From the sequence record MW679410.1: a stretch of 64,000 bases of DNA. One strand, written 5' to 3'. The DNA is from Escherichia phage C6. The notes beneath the pieces were generated by a model that was not told the DNA's origin, did no database searches, and was given only the letters and a program-made list of their open reading frames with translations. This document shows, piece after piece, positions 51,058-61,144 of this stretch. The translations under genes and the position numbers were made by a program. Position 1 is the stretch's first letter, and each line of letters starts with the position of its first letter.

Positions 51058-54000
51058 ATGGCTACTTTAAAATCGATACAATTTAAAAGAAGTAAAACAC
51101 CAGGAGCCAAGCCTACTGCAGCTCAGTTAGATGAAGGCGAACTGGCTATTAACTTGCGTGACCGCACTATTTTTACTAAGTCGGACCAGGGACAGATTAT
51201 TGATTTAGGCTTTGCTAAAGGTGGACAAGTTGATGGCGATGTAACTATTAATGGAACTTTACGCATTAACGGCCCATTAAATAATTTTGGAAACTTTTCT
51301 ACAAGCGGGTCAATTACGGCAGGCACGAGTATTTCGGCTCAAACTTTTAGAGCATTACAAGGCTCGTTTTATTCAAGAGCTTCAAACGATACAACATCGA
51401 ATGCCCATTTATGGTTTGAAAATGCTGATGGCTCTGAACGTGGTGTTATATATGCACGTCCTCAAACTACAAATGCTGGTGAATTACGCATTAGGATTAA
51501 ACAGGGGACAGAAGGCACTGCTAATAGTGAATTCTATTTCCGCTCTATAAATGGTGGTGAATTTCAGGCAAACCGTATTTTAGCATCAGATTCATTAGTA
51601 ACTAAACGAATTGCAGCCGATACAGTTATCCACGGTGGCAAAGCCTTTGGTGTATATGATACAGATTCATTAGTTAATTATGTATACCCAGGCACAGGCG
51701 AAGAAAATGGTGTAAACTATCTTCGTAAAGTTCGAGCTAAGTCTGGCGGCACTATATGGCATGAAATCTGTACGGCCCAAACAGGTCAGGCTGATGAGGT
51801 TTCTTGGTGGACTGGTAGTACTCCAGTATCTAAACAATGCGGTATTCGTAATGACGGGCGAATGATTGTTCGTAATAGTCTTGCGCTTGGCACAATGACT
51901 ACTGATTTTCCGTCAAGTGATTATGGTAATGGAGGTGCTCTAGGATTTGGCGCTTATTTAGCTTTAGGTGATAACGGCACAGGTTTACGTTATCAAAAAA
52001 CCGGTGTTTATGATTTAGTCGGTTCTGGTTTATCTGTGGCCTCTGTTACTCCGGATAGTTTCCGTAGTACTCGTAAAGGTTTATTTGGACGTTCAGAAGA
52101 CCAAGGTGCAACTTGGATTATGCCAGGTACGAATGCTGCCTTTTTATCAGTTCAAACCCAGGCTGATGTGAATAATGCAGGTGACGGTCAGACGCATATT
52201 GGCTATAACTCAGGCGGAAAAATGTCTCACTATTTCCGCGGTAAAGGTCAAACCAATATTAACACCCAAGAAGGCATGGAACTTAACCCAGGTATTCTTA
52301 AACTGGTAACCGGCGGTAATAATGTACAGCTTTATGCTGACGGCACTATTTCTTCTATTCAAAGAATTAAATTTGATAACGGGGTACTTCTTACCGGGGC
52401 TAGAGCTGACGGTATTCAACTTGATGCGCCTACATCATTAGATGGCACTAAAACTATACTGTGGGGCGCTGGTACTCGCGCAGGTCAGAATAAAAACTAT
52501 ATATCTATTAAAGCATGGGGTAATTCATTTAATACAGGTGGCGGTAATAGAGAAACTGTTTGGGAAGTTTCAGATTCACAGGGCTATTATTTTTACGCGC
52601 AAAGAACCAACCCGGCATCAGGTGAAACCGTCGGCCCTGTTAACTTTAAATTTAACGGAACTGTCGAAACAGGCCATATCATAGGCCTTGGTAATATAAG
52701 TGCCTCCGGTACAGGTTCTTTTGGTGGCAATGTTACTATGTCTAACGGTTTGTTTGTCCAAGGTGGTTCTTCTATTACTGGACAAGTAAAAATTGGTGGA
52801 ACAGCAGATGCATTAAGAATTTGGAATGCCGAATACGGTGCTATTTTCCGTCGTTCAGAAAGTAACTTTTATATTCTTCCAACCAATCAAAATGAAGGCG
52901 AAAGTGGAGACATTCACAGCTCTTTGAGACCTGTGAGAATAGGATTAAACGATGGCATGGTTGGGCTAGGAAGAGATTCTTTTATAGTAGATCAAAATAA
53001 TGCTTTAACTACAATAAACAGCAATTCTCGCATTAATGCCAATTTCAGAATGCAATTAGGACAAAATGCTTATATAGATATTGAGGCTTCTGACGGTGTT
53101 CGTCCTGCAGGGTGTGGTTCATTTGCATCCCAGAATGACGCAAACGTAAGAGCTCCGATTTATATGAATATAGAGCGTACTGCTCCTTCTGAATATATTC
53201 CTATTGTCAAACAACGTTACGTACAAGGTGATAGTACTTATTCTATTGGTACCTTAATTTCTCAAGGAGACTTCCGCGTTCATTATCACCAGGGCAATAG
53301 TACTACCGGAACTGATTTGAGTTGGGAATTCCGCCGCACCGGTGACTTCCGCTTACCTGGTAAAATTATTGTAGGCAACACAACTTTAGGAACTGATGGT
53401 AATATCACTGGTGGCTCTGGTAACTTTGCTAACTTAAACAGTACAATTGAATCACTTAAAACTGATATTGTTTCAAGTTATCCTATTGGAGCCCCAATTC
53501 CATGGCCAACGGATACTCCTCCTAATGGTTATGCTTTGATGGAAGGTCAGACCTTTGATAAAGGTGCTTATCCTAAGCTTGCTGTTGCATATCCTTCTGG
53601 TACTATTCCTGATATGCGTGGTCAAACTATCAAGGGTAAACCAAGTGGACGTGCTGTGTTAAGTGCAGAAGCTGATGGTATTAAGTCCCATAACCATGGT
53701 GCATCCGCATCTAATACAGATTTAGGTACTAAAACTACGTCAAGTTTTGATTATGGTACTAAAACCACTTCAAGTTTTGATTATGGTACTAAGACCAGTA
53801 ATACCACTGGTAACCATAACCATACAGTAAGCGGTACTACTAGCGCAGCAGGTAACCACCAGCACTCACAGACCGGTCCAAGGGGTCCTAATAATCAACC
53901 AACAGGAGTATATCCTAATGGAGCTACTGCAATTAGTGGAACCAATGTTCTTTCTTTTGCCACAAGCGACAAAATCGTGCCTGGTATAGGCCAATATATT

Positions 54001-54237
54001 GCAAAGTCGTCAACAGAAGGTAACCATACACACTCTTGGTCTGGAACTACAAGTACCACAGGTAACCATGCCCACACTGTGGGTATTGGTGCCCATAGCC
54101 ATTCGGTCGGTATTGGTGCTCACACTCACACGGTAGCGATTGGTTCACATGGTCATACAATCACTGTAAATAATACAGGTAATACAGAAAACACAGTTAA
54201 AAACATTGCTTTTAACTATATCGTTCGCTTAGCATAA
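51058..54237 (+). CDS. 37: long tail fibre distal subunit gp37 (receptor-binding tip, T4-type)
   Basis: 1059 aa; high identity to T4 gp37 including C-terminal His-box repeats (GNHx[26 protein letters not shown]). Confidence 0.95.
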   Translation: MATLKSIQFKRSKTPGAKPTAAQLDEGELAINLRDRTIFTKSDQGQIIDLGFAKGGQVDGDVTINGTLRINGPLNNFGNFSTSGSITAGTSISAQTFRALQGSFYSRASNDTTSNAHLWFENADGSERGVIYARPQTTNAGELRIRIKQGTEGTANSEFYFRSINGGEFQANRILASDSLVTKRIAADTVIHGGKAFGVYDTDSLVNYVYPGTGEENGVNYLRKVRAKSGGTIWHEICTAQTGQADEVSWWTGSTPVSKQCGIRNDGRMIVRNSLALGTMTTDFPSSDYGNGGALGFGAYLALGDNGTGLRYQKTGVYDLVGSGLSVASVTPDSFRSTRKGLFGRSEDQGATWIMPGTNAAFLSVQTQADVNNAGDGQTHIGYNSGGKMSHYFRGKGQTNINTQEGMELNPGILKLVTGGNNVQLYADGTISSIQRIKFDNGVLLTGARADGIQLDAPTSLDGTKTILWGAGTRAGQNKNYISIKAWGNSFNTGGGNRETVWEVSDSQGYYFYAQRTNPASGETVGPVNFKFNGTVETGHIIGLGNISASGTGSFGGNVTMSNGLFVQGGSSITGQVKIGGTADALRIWNAEYGAIFRRSESNFYILPTNQNEGESGDIHSSLRPVRIGLNDGMVGLGRDSFIVDQNNALTTINSNSRINANFRMQLGQNAYIDIEASDGVRPAGCGSFASQNDANVRAPIYMNIERTAPSEYIPIVKQRYVQGDSTYSIGTLISQGDFRVHYHQGNSTTGTDLSWEFRRTGDFRLPGKIIVGNTTLGTDGNITGGSGNFANLNSTIESLKTDIVSSYPIGAPIPWPTDTPPNGYALMEGQTFDKGAYPKLAVAYPSGTIPDMRGQTIKGKPSGRAVLSAEADGIKSHNHGASASNTDLGTKTTSSFDYGTKTTSSFDYGTKTSNTTGNHNHTVSGTTSAAGNHQHSQTGPRGPNNQPTGVYPNGATAISGTNVLSFATSDKIVPGIGQYIAKSSTEGNHTHSWSGTTSTTGNHAHTVGIGAHSHSVGIGAHTHTVAIGSHGHTITVNNTGNTENTVKNIAFNYIVRLA
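53725..53797 (+). repeat. in-frame tandem 30-bp repeat in gene 37 ([10 protein letters not shown] x2 plus partial)
   Basis: Two near-identical 30-nt units and a partial third, read directly. Confidence 0.7.
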
Positions 54238-54239
54238 GG

Positions 54240-54260
54240 AGAGGGGCTTAGGCCCCTTCT
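54240..54260 (+). terminator. hairpin ggggcTTAGgcccc after gene 37
   Basis: GC-rich stem-loop immediately 3' of gene 37 stop. Confidence 0.5.
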
Positions 54261-54264
54261 GAAT

Positions 54265-54807
54265 ATGAAAATTTATCATTTTTATTTTGACACAAAAGAA
54301 TTTTACAAAGAAGAAAATTATAAACCAGTTAAAGGTCTTGGTCTCCCGGCTCACTCAACTACAAAGGAACCATTGGAACCTAAAGAAGGTTTCGCAGTTG
54401 TATTTGATGAACGTAAGCAAGATTGGATTTATGAAGAAGACCATCGAGGCAAACGTGCATGGACTTTTAATAAAGAAGAAATCTTGATAAATAACATAGG
54501 AAGCCCGGTCGGTATAACTTTCGATAAACCTGGCGAGTTTGATATATGGACCGATGATGGTTGGAAAGAAGATGAAACATATAAACGAGTAATGATTCGC
54601 AATCGAAAAATTGATGGGTTTTATAAAGAATTCCAGGTATTAAGTAATATGGTTGAAGCCTCAGTCGCTGATAAGAAAGAAAAATTCTATCACCAGAATC
54701 TTAAACGTTTCTTTGCTCTTTTAGAAAAACACGAACACCTCGGCGGTGAATTCCCGGAATGGCCTGAAAAAGAACAGAAGCCTTGGTATAAGAGATTTTT
54801 CAAATAA
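54265..54807 (+). CDS. 38: gp38 tail-fibre assembly chaperone (T4-type)
   Basis: 180 aa; MKIYHFYFDTKEFYKEENYKPVKGLGLPAHST... near-identical to T4 gp38. Confidence 0.95.
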   Translation: MKIYHFYFDTKEFYKEENYKPVKGLGLPAHSTTKEPLEPKEGFAVVFDERKQDWIYEEDHRGKRAWTFNKEEILINNIGSPVGITFDKPGEFDIWTDDGWKEDETYKRVMIRNRKIDGFYKEFQVLSNMVEASVADKKEKFYHQNLKRFFALLEKHEHLGGEFPEWPEKEQKPWYKRFFK

Positions 54808-54818
54808 TACTTCCGTAT

Positions 54819-54826
54819 TATAAATA
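54819..54826 (+). promoter_or_regulatory. late promoter TATAAATA for t
   Basis: Exact octamer upstream of the holin gene. Confidence 0.6.
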
Positions 54827-54844
54827 TCTTTAAAGGAGAAAAGT

Positions 54845-55498
54845 ATGGAACCAAAAGTAGGATTTTCATTATCAGACCTACTTTTTGGACTTCTTGATAG
54901 AATTTTTAAAGATACTTCTTCCGGGAAAGTAGTTTTTTCCCGGGTCCTAGTCGTGATATTATTGTTCTTTATGGCACTGGTTTGGTATAAAGGCGAATAT
55001 ATTCTAAACTTTTACAAAGAGACAACTTATGCCTCTTATACTGAAATGATTAGACAAGACCAGGACAATAGATTTAAAATTGCGGCTATCGAGCAGCTCC
55101 GAATAGTGCATTCTTCTTCAGGTGCAGACTTCACAGCAATATATTCTTTTAGGCCGACCAACATGAATTATTTTGTGGATATGGTAGCTTACGAGGGTAA
55201 ATTACCGGAAACGGTAGACGCAAAAAACACGGGAGGGTTTCCAATTGACAAAACGTCAGTAGAATATATGGCGGGAGTTAACGGGAACTATTTTGAATCA
55301 AGTACCGAAACTGTATTCCTTCCTACAAAGAAGAAAACACAATTCACGTATATGTTTTCATGCCCGTTTTTTAATTTGGATAACGTCTACGCCGGCTCGA
55401 TATCGTTGTACTGGTACGATATCAAACCGGATTTAGGATTTCCTAGACTTTCGTCTATGTGCGGTCAAGCCGGAAGGACATTAGGTCGAACACGTTAG
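54845..55498 (+). CDS. t: holin T
   Basis: 217 aa; single N-terminal TM and large periplasmic domain, collinear with T4 T. Confidence 0.95.
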   Translation: MEPKVGFSLSDLLFGLLDRIFKDTSSGKVVFSRVLVVILLFFMALVWYKGEYILNFYKETTYASYTEMIRQDQDNRFKIAAIEQLRIVHSSSGADFTAIYSFRPTNMNYFVDMVAYEGKLPETVDAKNTGGFPIDKTSVEYMAGVNGNYFESSTETVFLPTKKKTQFTYMFSCPFFNLDNVYAGSISLYWYDIKPDLGFPRLSSMCGQAGRTLGRTR

Positions 55499-55770
55499 AA
55501 ATTGGAGGTATACATCATTAAGTAACGGTGTATATCTTCATATCCTTCATTAAATTGCTCAATAAGAGTTTCACGCTCATCTTCAGTTAAAGACTTAAAT
55601 AATTTGTTATAAGACAAACCATTAAGTTCCTTTCCATGTTCATTACGAATACCTAACTCATTCAAAAAGGCAATAAACTCATCACGACGTTGCATGATGT
55701 CTTCACAATCCGTTTTAATCAAAATGGAAACAATAGTGGCAATTTCGGAAACGATTTCAATTTTAGTCAT
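55495..55770 (-). CDS. asiA: anti-sigma70 factor AsiA
   Basis: 91 aa; ...IVSILIK...FIAFLNELGI...EQFNEGYEDIHRYLMMYT matches T4 AsiA. Confidence 0.9.
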   Translation of the reverse strand: MTKIEIVSEIATIVSILIKTDCEDIMQRRDEFIAFLNELGIRNEHGKELNGLSYNKLFKSLTEDERETLIEQFNEGYEDIHRYLMMYTSNF

Positions 55771-55802
55771 AATATTCTCTTCAATTCAGTACGTCATTAT
55801 CT

Positions 55803-55841
55803 GATAGGGCTATACTAACATATCCTTAGGGATTGTAAACA
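55803..55841 (-). promoter_or_regulatory. early-type promoter (GTTTAC-N17-TAGTAT) for asiA
   Basis: Motif family member about 35 nt upstream of asiA. Confidence 0.55.
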
Positions 55842-55951
55842 TGTTCTTCGTTCTTTTTAACATATTCCTGATACATCTCTTCTATTGGTTCCTGGAACTT
55901 AAAATCAGCTCCCAGGAATTCCTCAAAGCACTCCTGCTCACGTGTACGCAT
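55826..55951 (-). CDS. hypothetical 41-aa acidic micro-ORF
   Basis: Hand-called MRTREQECFEEFLGADFKFQEPIEEMYQEYVKKNEEHVYNP; 3' end overlaps the asiA promoter -35. Confidence 0.3.
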   Translation of the reverse strand: MRTREQECFEEFLGADFKFQEPIEEMYQEYVKKNEEHVYNP

Positions 55952-55956
55952 GCCTG

Positions 55957-56082
55957 TTACGGTATTGACTCATAGCCTTTACCCTTATGTTTCTGTTTAC
56001 GTTTAGACTCTTTAAGATTTTTCTTCTTGTCCTTATGGACAGACGCCTTATTGAAATCGTGCTTAGCTACCAGATTGTTCAC
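55957..56082 (-). CDS. hypothetical 41-aa highly basic micro-ORF (GTG start)
   Basis: Hand-called (M)NNLVAKHDFNKASVHKDKKKNLKESKRKQKHKGKGYESIP with AAGGA SD; different frame from the adjacent acidic ORF. Confidence 0.3.
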   Translation of the reverse strand: MNNLVAKHDFNKASVHKDKKKNLKESKRKQKHKGKGYESIP

Positions 56083-56344
56083 GTAATTTCCTTAATTGGT
56101 ATTCAAGAGAGCTGATAATTTCTTTATTAGTTGCAATATACATATCACGTAGGAATGGCTTCAAACCTTCCATATTCCCATGGATTGTCTTAGAACTAAT
56201 ATTCTTTATATATTCGTGGTCTAATGCATCCCAAGCCGGTTGGTTGACATAAGTTCCCCAATTATCTTCCACCATGACATTCAGTCGTTTAATATGGTTA
56301 ATATGGGCTTCGATTGCATCAATCTGGAGTTGTTTAAGATTCAT
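56063..56344 (-). CDS. hypothetical protein (arn position)
   Basis: 93-aa track ORF between asiA and motA; size as T4 Arn (recalled as about 92 aa), identity not verified. Confidence 0.5.
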   Translation of the reverse strand: MNLKQLQIDAIEAHINHIKRLNVMVEDNWGTYVNQPAWDALDHEYIKNISSKTIHGNMEGLKPFLRDMYIATNKEIISSLEYQLRKLREQSGS

Positions 56345-56841
56345 TAGTAAAGGTCCTCAGAGTAAAGTTCTTTTTCACTACCGCCACGTTCAATACAAAC
56401 TTGACCAGCATAAGTCGCAATAATCATTGCTTCTTCACGGGTCCAATAGTTTGAATATTGGTCAATAAATCCTTGGTCATCACCACAGACATGGTCTGTC
56501 ACAAGTTTATCACTTACCTGGTCTAGCACTTCTGCCATATCTTTAGAATAATGACGAGCGCCAGGAATAACCAGAGTCCCACCATCTTTTAACTTAAAGC
56601 GGTTGGCTGCGCACACAATTCGACGTTGATATTTTTCATTATTGTTCCAATGAGCAATCTGCCAACAGATTTCAGGAACCTCTTCTAAAACATCCTCTTC
56701 CGTATATTCGGTGTAGTCGCCATAGGCCTGTAATTTAGCTGCTAGACTTTCGGGCGTCTCACGAGAAAGAGCTTTATCTAATAAAGCCATTCGGTCTTTA
56801 AAGGATAATTCTTTACCTTTTAATGGATTCATTTGAACCAT
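56344..56841 (-). CDS. hypothetical protein
   Basis: 165-aa track ORF. Confidence 0.5.
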   Translation of the reverse strand: MVQMNPLKGKELSFKDRMALLDKALSRETPESLAAKLQAYGDYTEYTEEDVLEEVPEICWQIAHWNNNEKYQRRIVCAANRFKLKDGGTLVIPGARHYSKDMAEVLDQVSDKLVTDHVCGDDQGFIDQYSNYWTREEAMIIATYAGQVCIERGGSEKELYSEDLY

Positions 56842-57158
56842 CCTTTAACACGCTGCCATAAAGTTTTCTGTTGAGCTTTATTAACACCAATTGAACGAAT
56901 AACCGGCTGTGATTCCTGGTATTCTTTATAGTCGGCTTTATAGACTTCATAAGCCGCTGGAACAAAGGTGCTGATTGCTGCCATAAAGTTCTTACGAATT
57001 CCCATAGAAGCTTCAGAACCACCACGGATGATTAAGTATTTACCTGCTTTAATCTTAACAATAGTGCCGAGATAAGCACCGTGGTACCAAATGTCCCAAC
57101 CTTCTTGAGTAGGTTCTGCACAACGACGAAGTTCATTAACAATATTCAGCTTGTTCAT
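56829..57158 (-). CDS. hypothetical protein (motA.1 position)
   Basis: 109-aa track ORF. Confidence 0.5.
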   Translation of the reverse strand: MNKLNIVNELRRCAEPTQEGWDIWYHGAYLGTIVKIKAGKYLIIRGGSEASMGIRKNFMAAISTFVPAAYEVYKADYKEYQESQPVIRSIGVNKAQQKTLWQRVKGWFK

Positions 57159-57168
57159 AATAATTTCC

Positions 57169-57801
57169 TCAGATTGCGTTGGTTACGGTTTTGATAACTT
57201 CAGATGATACGTTTTGGAAGTCGATATAAGTATTCTTACCACCGGTCTTAATCTTAACATCAAGATTCAAGGAAGTAAACACTTGTTTTTCTTTATCAGT
57301 CATATTATAACCGAAGATACGCATCATGCCATCACGGCGGACTTCAATTTGACGAATACCATTGGTACGTTTGGCGAATCGAACTTCAAGGTTGCTACGG
57401 TTTTCAGCAATTTCACGAATCTCGATACGGTCTTCTAATAAAGCTTTAACTTCATCAGCCAGTGTTACCATTTCAGGAGTAACACCACGTGAACTGCGTG
57501 TTTTACGTTTTTCCAACATCTCTGGGGCATTTTCAGAAGCGAACAGGTCGGCAGCTTTTTGAACTAAGTCCATTGCTTCACCTGTAGCCACTAAACCGTC
57601 GCCAGATTTTTCGATGAATCCTTTCTTAATCAATACACCGATGTTAGAGTTAACTACCGCAGCACTAAATTGCTCACTCAGGGCTTCACGGACTTCGCCT
57701 GAAGTGATGAAGTTATGCTTGATGATATGTACTAAGATCGAAGCAGTTTTTTCATTCAGGGCGTCTTCAGAAGCTTTGATGATATAAGTAATTTTAGACA
57801 T
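57169..57801 (-). CDS. motA: middle-transcription activator MotA
   Basis: 210 aa; MSKITYIIKAS...NSNIGVLIKKGFIEKSGDGL... matches T4 MotA. Confidence 0.95.
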   Translation of the reverse strand: MSKITYIIKASEDALNEKTASILVHIIKHNFITSGEVREALSEQFSAAVVNSNIGVLIKKGFIEKSGDGLVATGEAMDLVQKAADLFASENAPEMLEKRKTRSSRGVTPEMVTLADEVKALLEDRIEIREIAENRSNLEVRFAKRTNGIRQIEVRRDGMMRIFGYNMTDKEKQVFTSLNLDVKIKTGGKNTYIDFQNVSSEVIKTVTNAI

Positions 57802-57826
57802 TTTAATCTCCGATAACCATTTATTT

Positions 57827-57865
57827 GATAGGTCTATAATAACACGTTTAAAGCAGAAGTAAACT
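57827..57865 (-). promoter_or_regulatory. early-type promoter for motA
   Basis: GTTTAC-N17-TATTAT-AGACCTATCAA upstream of motA. Confidence 0.55.
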
Positions 57866-57905
57866 TTATTTTGAGCTCTTTTTCAAGAGCTCTGGTAAAA
57901 ATTAC

Positions 57906-58121
57906 TTAGATTGATAGGTCTTTAATCTCGGCGATTAAAGCAGCTTTTCCTTCACGAAGTTTTTCCAGTTCACGACCATTAGAACCGCGAACCACTAAGG
58001 AATTTATCTCCACTTCTAACCAATTCAGTTTTTCAACTAGTTCTTTACGTTTAGCATTCATGCCAGGTTTAACTTTACCGAAACGGGTTGTAGCGTTTTG
58101 GGTATTTTTCATCTTGTTCAT
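57906..58121 (-). CDS. hypothetical protein
   Basis: Track ORF begins at GTG; ATG (MNKMKNTQ...) after GGAGA. Confidence 0.45.
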   Translation of the reverse strand: MNKMKNTQNATTRFGKVKPGMNAKRKELVEKLNWLEVEINSLVVRGSNGRELEKLREGKAALIAEIKDLSI

Positions 58122-58150
58122 TTTGTATCTCCATTTCACTCTATTGTTTT

Positions 58151-58189
58151 GATAGGTCTATAGTATCATGTTTAAAGCAGAAGTAAACA
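58151..58189 (-). promoter_or_regulatory. early-type promoter
   Basis: Same 40-nt core as the promoter at 41241..41279. Confidence 0.55.
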
Positions 58190-58207
58190 CTTTTTTTCAC
58201 TAAACCC

Positions 58208-58240
58208 AAAAAAGGAACCCGAAGGTTCCTTACTTTTTAA
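58208..58240. terminator. bidirectional hairpin A6-ggaaccCGAAggttcc-T-run
   Basis: Same hairpin as at 26098..26113. Confidence 0.55.
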
Positions 58241-58334
58241 AGTGGGCCGCTATTAAACCTATAGCTAAGCCTGTCGCCAGGCCTAGAATAACAGCAAAGA
58301 TACAGAGTAACAAGAACTCGACTCCAAGGCTCAT
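58230..58334 (-). CDS. 34-aa hydrophobic peptide, translationally coupled to gene 52
   Basis: Hand-called MSLGVEFLLLCIFAVILGLATGLAIGLIAAHFKK; ATG overlaps gene 52 TGA (ATGA), GGAGG SD. Confidence 0.45.
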   Translation of the reverse strand: MSLGVEFLLLCIFAVILGLATGLAIGLIAAHFKK

Positions 58335-59710
58335 AGAGCCTCCAAATCTTTAACATACTCAGTTACCACATCAGTGGTTTTCCAGTATTGGTGCTCTTCT
58401 TTCTTAGCCTTGGCTTCGAGGGCCAGTTTCTTGGCTTCATCGGATGTGATATGGAAAATGTTCATTGCAACCAGTTTATCGGCATATTCGCCGTAGACTT
58501 TATTACCAGCCAATTCTTCGGTTAAAACCTTACGAGTCTTACCTTGGATAACCACTACGCCATCAATAACATCTTTGATGAATGTAGCTTTAGCCAATGC
58601 CAGTTTAAAAGCTTCTTCAGTTTCGATGATTTTACCATCAATACGTTTTTGTACAAAGGTCTTACGGACCTCAACGAAATCGCGAATCAGTTCAACTGCA
58701 TCTTCGTAAACCTTAAGTTTACCTTTTTCATTAATGACGGTCAGGTTTTGTGAACGACGTTCGATTAACCCGAAGTCCTTCATGAGTTTTTCGTGTTTCT
58801 TATCTTCATCAGTAGGCAATTCGTATTCTTTACGAATCTTAACCTTGAAGCCGAAACCGTTCTCGTCACAGTCATCATCATATGTGATATACCCTTTGTC
58901 TTCCAGAGGGTCTAATACCTTAGCCACATACGTTTCACGGTCATATTTGTATGGGATTTCCGTGATATGCATTTGGGTTCGGGATGTGAACTTATACGTT
59001 CCACGAATCTCATAACTACCGGGTTCAATTTCAACAACTTCACCACGGAATTCAGGATAAGCCACTTTAGGTTTGGTTACTCGTTTTTCCTGAAGAACTT
59101 GCAATACAGCTTTCTTAACAGAATCAAAACTATGAGGAAGAATATTAGTTGCATAACCAGTTGCAATACCGGAAACGCCATTAAGAAGAACAGTAGGAAT
59201 AATAGGCAGATAAAAAGCCGGTGGCTTATGTTCGACATCCGCATGAACCGGAGCATATTCTGTGTCCTTATAAACTTTGGCAAAGTTACTTCCAATACGT
59301 GCAAAGATATAACGAGAGGCTGCAGCTTTTTGAACCAATCGAGAACCGAAGTTACCCTGACCGTCTAACAATGGATAGTTGTTGTTCCATGTGTTAGCCA
59401 TCAAAGCCCCTGCTTCCTGGGCAGAACCTTCACCATGGTGATATCCAAGGTCGGCTACGCCACCAGCAATAGAAGCTAGTTTGTGGAATTTTTCTTTATT
59501 ACCACGAGCCATATCAAGACAACGAGCAACTACAAAACGTTGTACAGGTTTAAAGCCATCAATCATATTCGGAATGGCTCGGTTTTCGACAGTATACATT
59601 GCATAAGCCAATGCTTCGTTGTCGATAATACTTTTTAAGTCACGACGAGTGAAAGAATCATCGTAAACATCTAAAGCCTGTTTAAAAAGGGTATCAATTA
59701 CATCAGCCAT
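58331..59710 (-). CDS. 52: DNA topoisomerase II medium subunit gp52
   Basis: 459 aa; GyrA-like N-terminal domain (...MYTVENRAIPNMIDGFKPVQRF...). Confidence 0.95.
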   Translation of the reverse strand: MADVIDTLFKQALDVYDDSFTRRDLKSIIDNEALAYAMYTVENRAIPNMIDGFKPVQRFVVARCLDMARGNKEKFHKLASIAGGVADLGYHHGEGSAQEAGALMANTWNNNYPLLDGQGNFGSRLVQKAAASRYIFARIGSNFAKVYKDTEYAPVHADVEHKPPAFYLPIIPTVLLNGVSGIATGYATNILPHSFDSVKKAVLQVLQEKRVTKPKVAYPEFRGEVVEIEPGSYEIRGTYKFTSRTQMHITEIPYKYDRETYVAKVLDPLEDKGYITYDDDCDENGFGFKVKIRKEYELPTDEDKKHEKLMKDFGLIERRSQNLTVINEKGKLKVYEDAVELIRDFVEVRKTFVQKRIDGKIIETEEAFKLALAKATFIKDVIDGVVVIQGKTRKVLTEELAGNKVYGEYADKLVAMNIFHITSDEAKKLALEAKAKKEEHQYWKTTDVVTEYVKDLEAL

Positions 59711-59714
59711 AATT

Positions 59715-59855
59715 TTACCATACTAGTGAATGAATAGCCATAATAACATCGGAAATAAAAAGCACAACTTGGATAAGTCCGAACATTACTCCATAATACA
59801 GTGCTACTAATAAAGCAGCAAGGGCTACAGAGTAGCCTAAGATTTTCTTAATCAT
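59715..59855 (-). CDS. 46-aa predicted membrane peptide
   Basis: Hand-called MIKKILGYSVALAALLVALYYGVMFGLIQVVLFISDVIMAIHSLVW; start overlaps upstream ORF. Confidence 0.35.
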   Translation of the reverse strand: MIKKILGYSVALAALLVALYYGVMFGLIQVVLFISDVIMAIHSLVW

Positions 59856-60009
59856 TTTTAATCATCTTAAGTAAACCGACAGAAGTAGAAAGAATCCAGC
59901 CAATAAACAGAAAACTTAAGAATACCGGACCAGGGGTCCACACGCCTAAAAAGAAGCAAACTGAACAGACAATAGCCATAATAAGTTCAATAAAAACTAG
60001 AATAACCAT
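59848..60009 (-). CDS. 53-aa predicted membrane peptide
   Basis: Hand-called MVILVFIELIMAIVCSVCFFLGVWTPGPVFLSFLFIGWILSTSVGLLKMIKND; GAGGAAA SD. Confidence 0.4.
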   Translation of the reverse strand: MVILVFIELIMAIVCSVCFFLGVWTPGPVFLSFLFIGWILSTSVGLLKMIKND

Positions 60010-60019
60010 ATTTTCCTCA

Positions 60020-60097
60020 TTAGCGTCCGAAGACGCCTTTGGTTTTAAGATTGTTACGATAGAACTGCATCACATGTTCATTATGGAAATTACTCAT
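60020..60097 (-). CDS. stp: Stp peptide
   Basis: Hand-called 25-aa [25 protein letters not shown], matching the remembered T4 Stp peptide sequence. Confidence 0.75.
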
Positions 60098-60263
60098 ACA
60101 CACCACACATTTTGCATAAACGTTCAAAACAAATAAATCCACCACCTACACACATAACGACAGCCACATTATCATTAAGAGGTAGACCTAAAGCCATAAA
60201 GGCTCCGGTCACTGTGAATAGTGCTAAAACTAATAGGTAACCCATTACAAATAGAGCTTTCAT
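60090..60263 (-). CDS. 57-aa predicted membrane protein (ac position)
   Basis: Hand-called [32 protein letters not shown]...; ATG overlaps ndd stop (TAATG). Confidence 0.4.
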
Positions 60264-60712
60264 TAGTAAGCCTGCAGAATGAATTTAAAGTTATCAGCCA
60301 ACATGCGGTTCATTTCTTCCAGTGTCTGGAGGTCGGAACTATGATTGCGAGTGAAAGCCATTGCAATTTGGCCCTTACCAAAACCAGTAGTCAGAGGTTT
60401 CATCTTAGAAGCCGGCACATAAAGAACTTCGTACACAACACCATTCACTGCCATAGTGCGAGCTGATTGAGAACGTTTCTTACGAATGTTAGCCACGATA
60501 CCATCAAGACCTTGAGCCGAACGTTGATTACCGACATAAAAACGAGCAGCTACGACACGAGAATCAGCTCCACCTTTAACAAAGAAGTAGAAGCCTGGTT
60601 GAGCAGAGATTTCTTTAGAAGGTTTACCATTTTGGTATTCACCATTCTTAACATAAGCAACAGTAGTAGCACCAGCAGACAGAACGTTACGGCGAGTCAT
60701 ATAAGTATTCAT
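60263..60712 (-). CDS. ndd: nucleoid disruption protein Ndd
   Basis: 149 aa; ...[10 protein letters not shown]...[22 protein letters not shown]...[18 protein letters not shown] matches T4 Ndd. Confidence 0.95.
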   Translation of the reverse strand: MNTYMTRRNVLSAGATTVAYVKNGEYQNGKPSKEISAQPGFYFFVKGGADSRVVAARFYVGNQRSAQGLDGIVANIRKKRSQSARTMAVNGVVYEVLYVPASKMKPLTTGFGKGQIAMAFTRNHSSDLQTLEEMNRMLADNFKFILQAY

Positions 60713-60789
60713 ATCAATTTCCTCAGTAGATTAATGTTTTGTTATCCAGTCAACGAGAACCATTATAACATGATTCTCGAGGTTGTAAA

Positions 60790-61134
60790 CTATTTTTGTA
60801 GCTGTTCCAAAATAAATCCGCTCGTATAAAAGGAAGCATTATAAACCTTGTTCAGTGGGTCCAAAGCGCGTCCGTAAGTATCACGTAGTTCTTTGATAAC
60901 GTTTTCATAACTCACGTAGTAAGCACTATGATAACCAGGGTCCATGCTCATACGGAATTTGATGAATCGATAAAAACCTGTATCCGGGTCTTGAACGAAA
61001 ACGAAATCAGCACTCGTCATAATTTTTGAATCTACGCCAGGAATCATACTTTGATTGAATGCCACCGATGCATCCTGAAGGCTGAGTTGTTTAAAGAACA
61101 TTACCTTAGCATTACCAAAAAAGATTTTAGACAT
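60790..61134 (-). CDS. hypothetical protein (ndd.x position)
   Basis: Track ORF 60790..61158; probable start MSKIFFGN... Confidence 0.45.
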   Translation of the reverse strand: MSKIFFGNAKVMFFKQLSLQDASVAFNQSMIPGVDSKIMTSADFVFVQDPDTGFYRFIKFRMSMDPGYHSAYYVSYENVIKELRDTYGRALDPLNKVYNASFYTSGFILEQLQK

Positions 61135-61144
61135 GATAATTTCC

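Noticed and set aside
53725-53797. Tandem repeats as a possible CRISPR or VNTR array
   Set aside because: Only about 2.5 units, in frame within gene 37 and without spacers; it is coding repeat structure.
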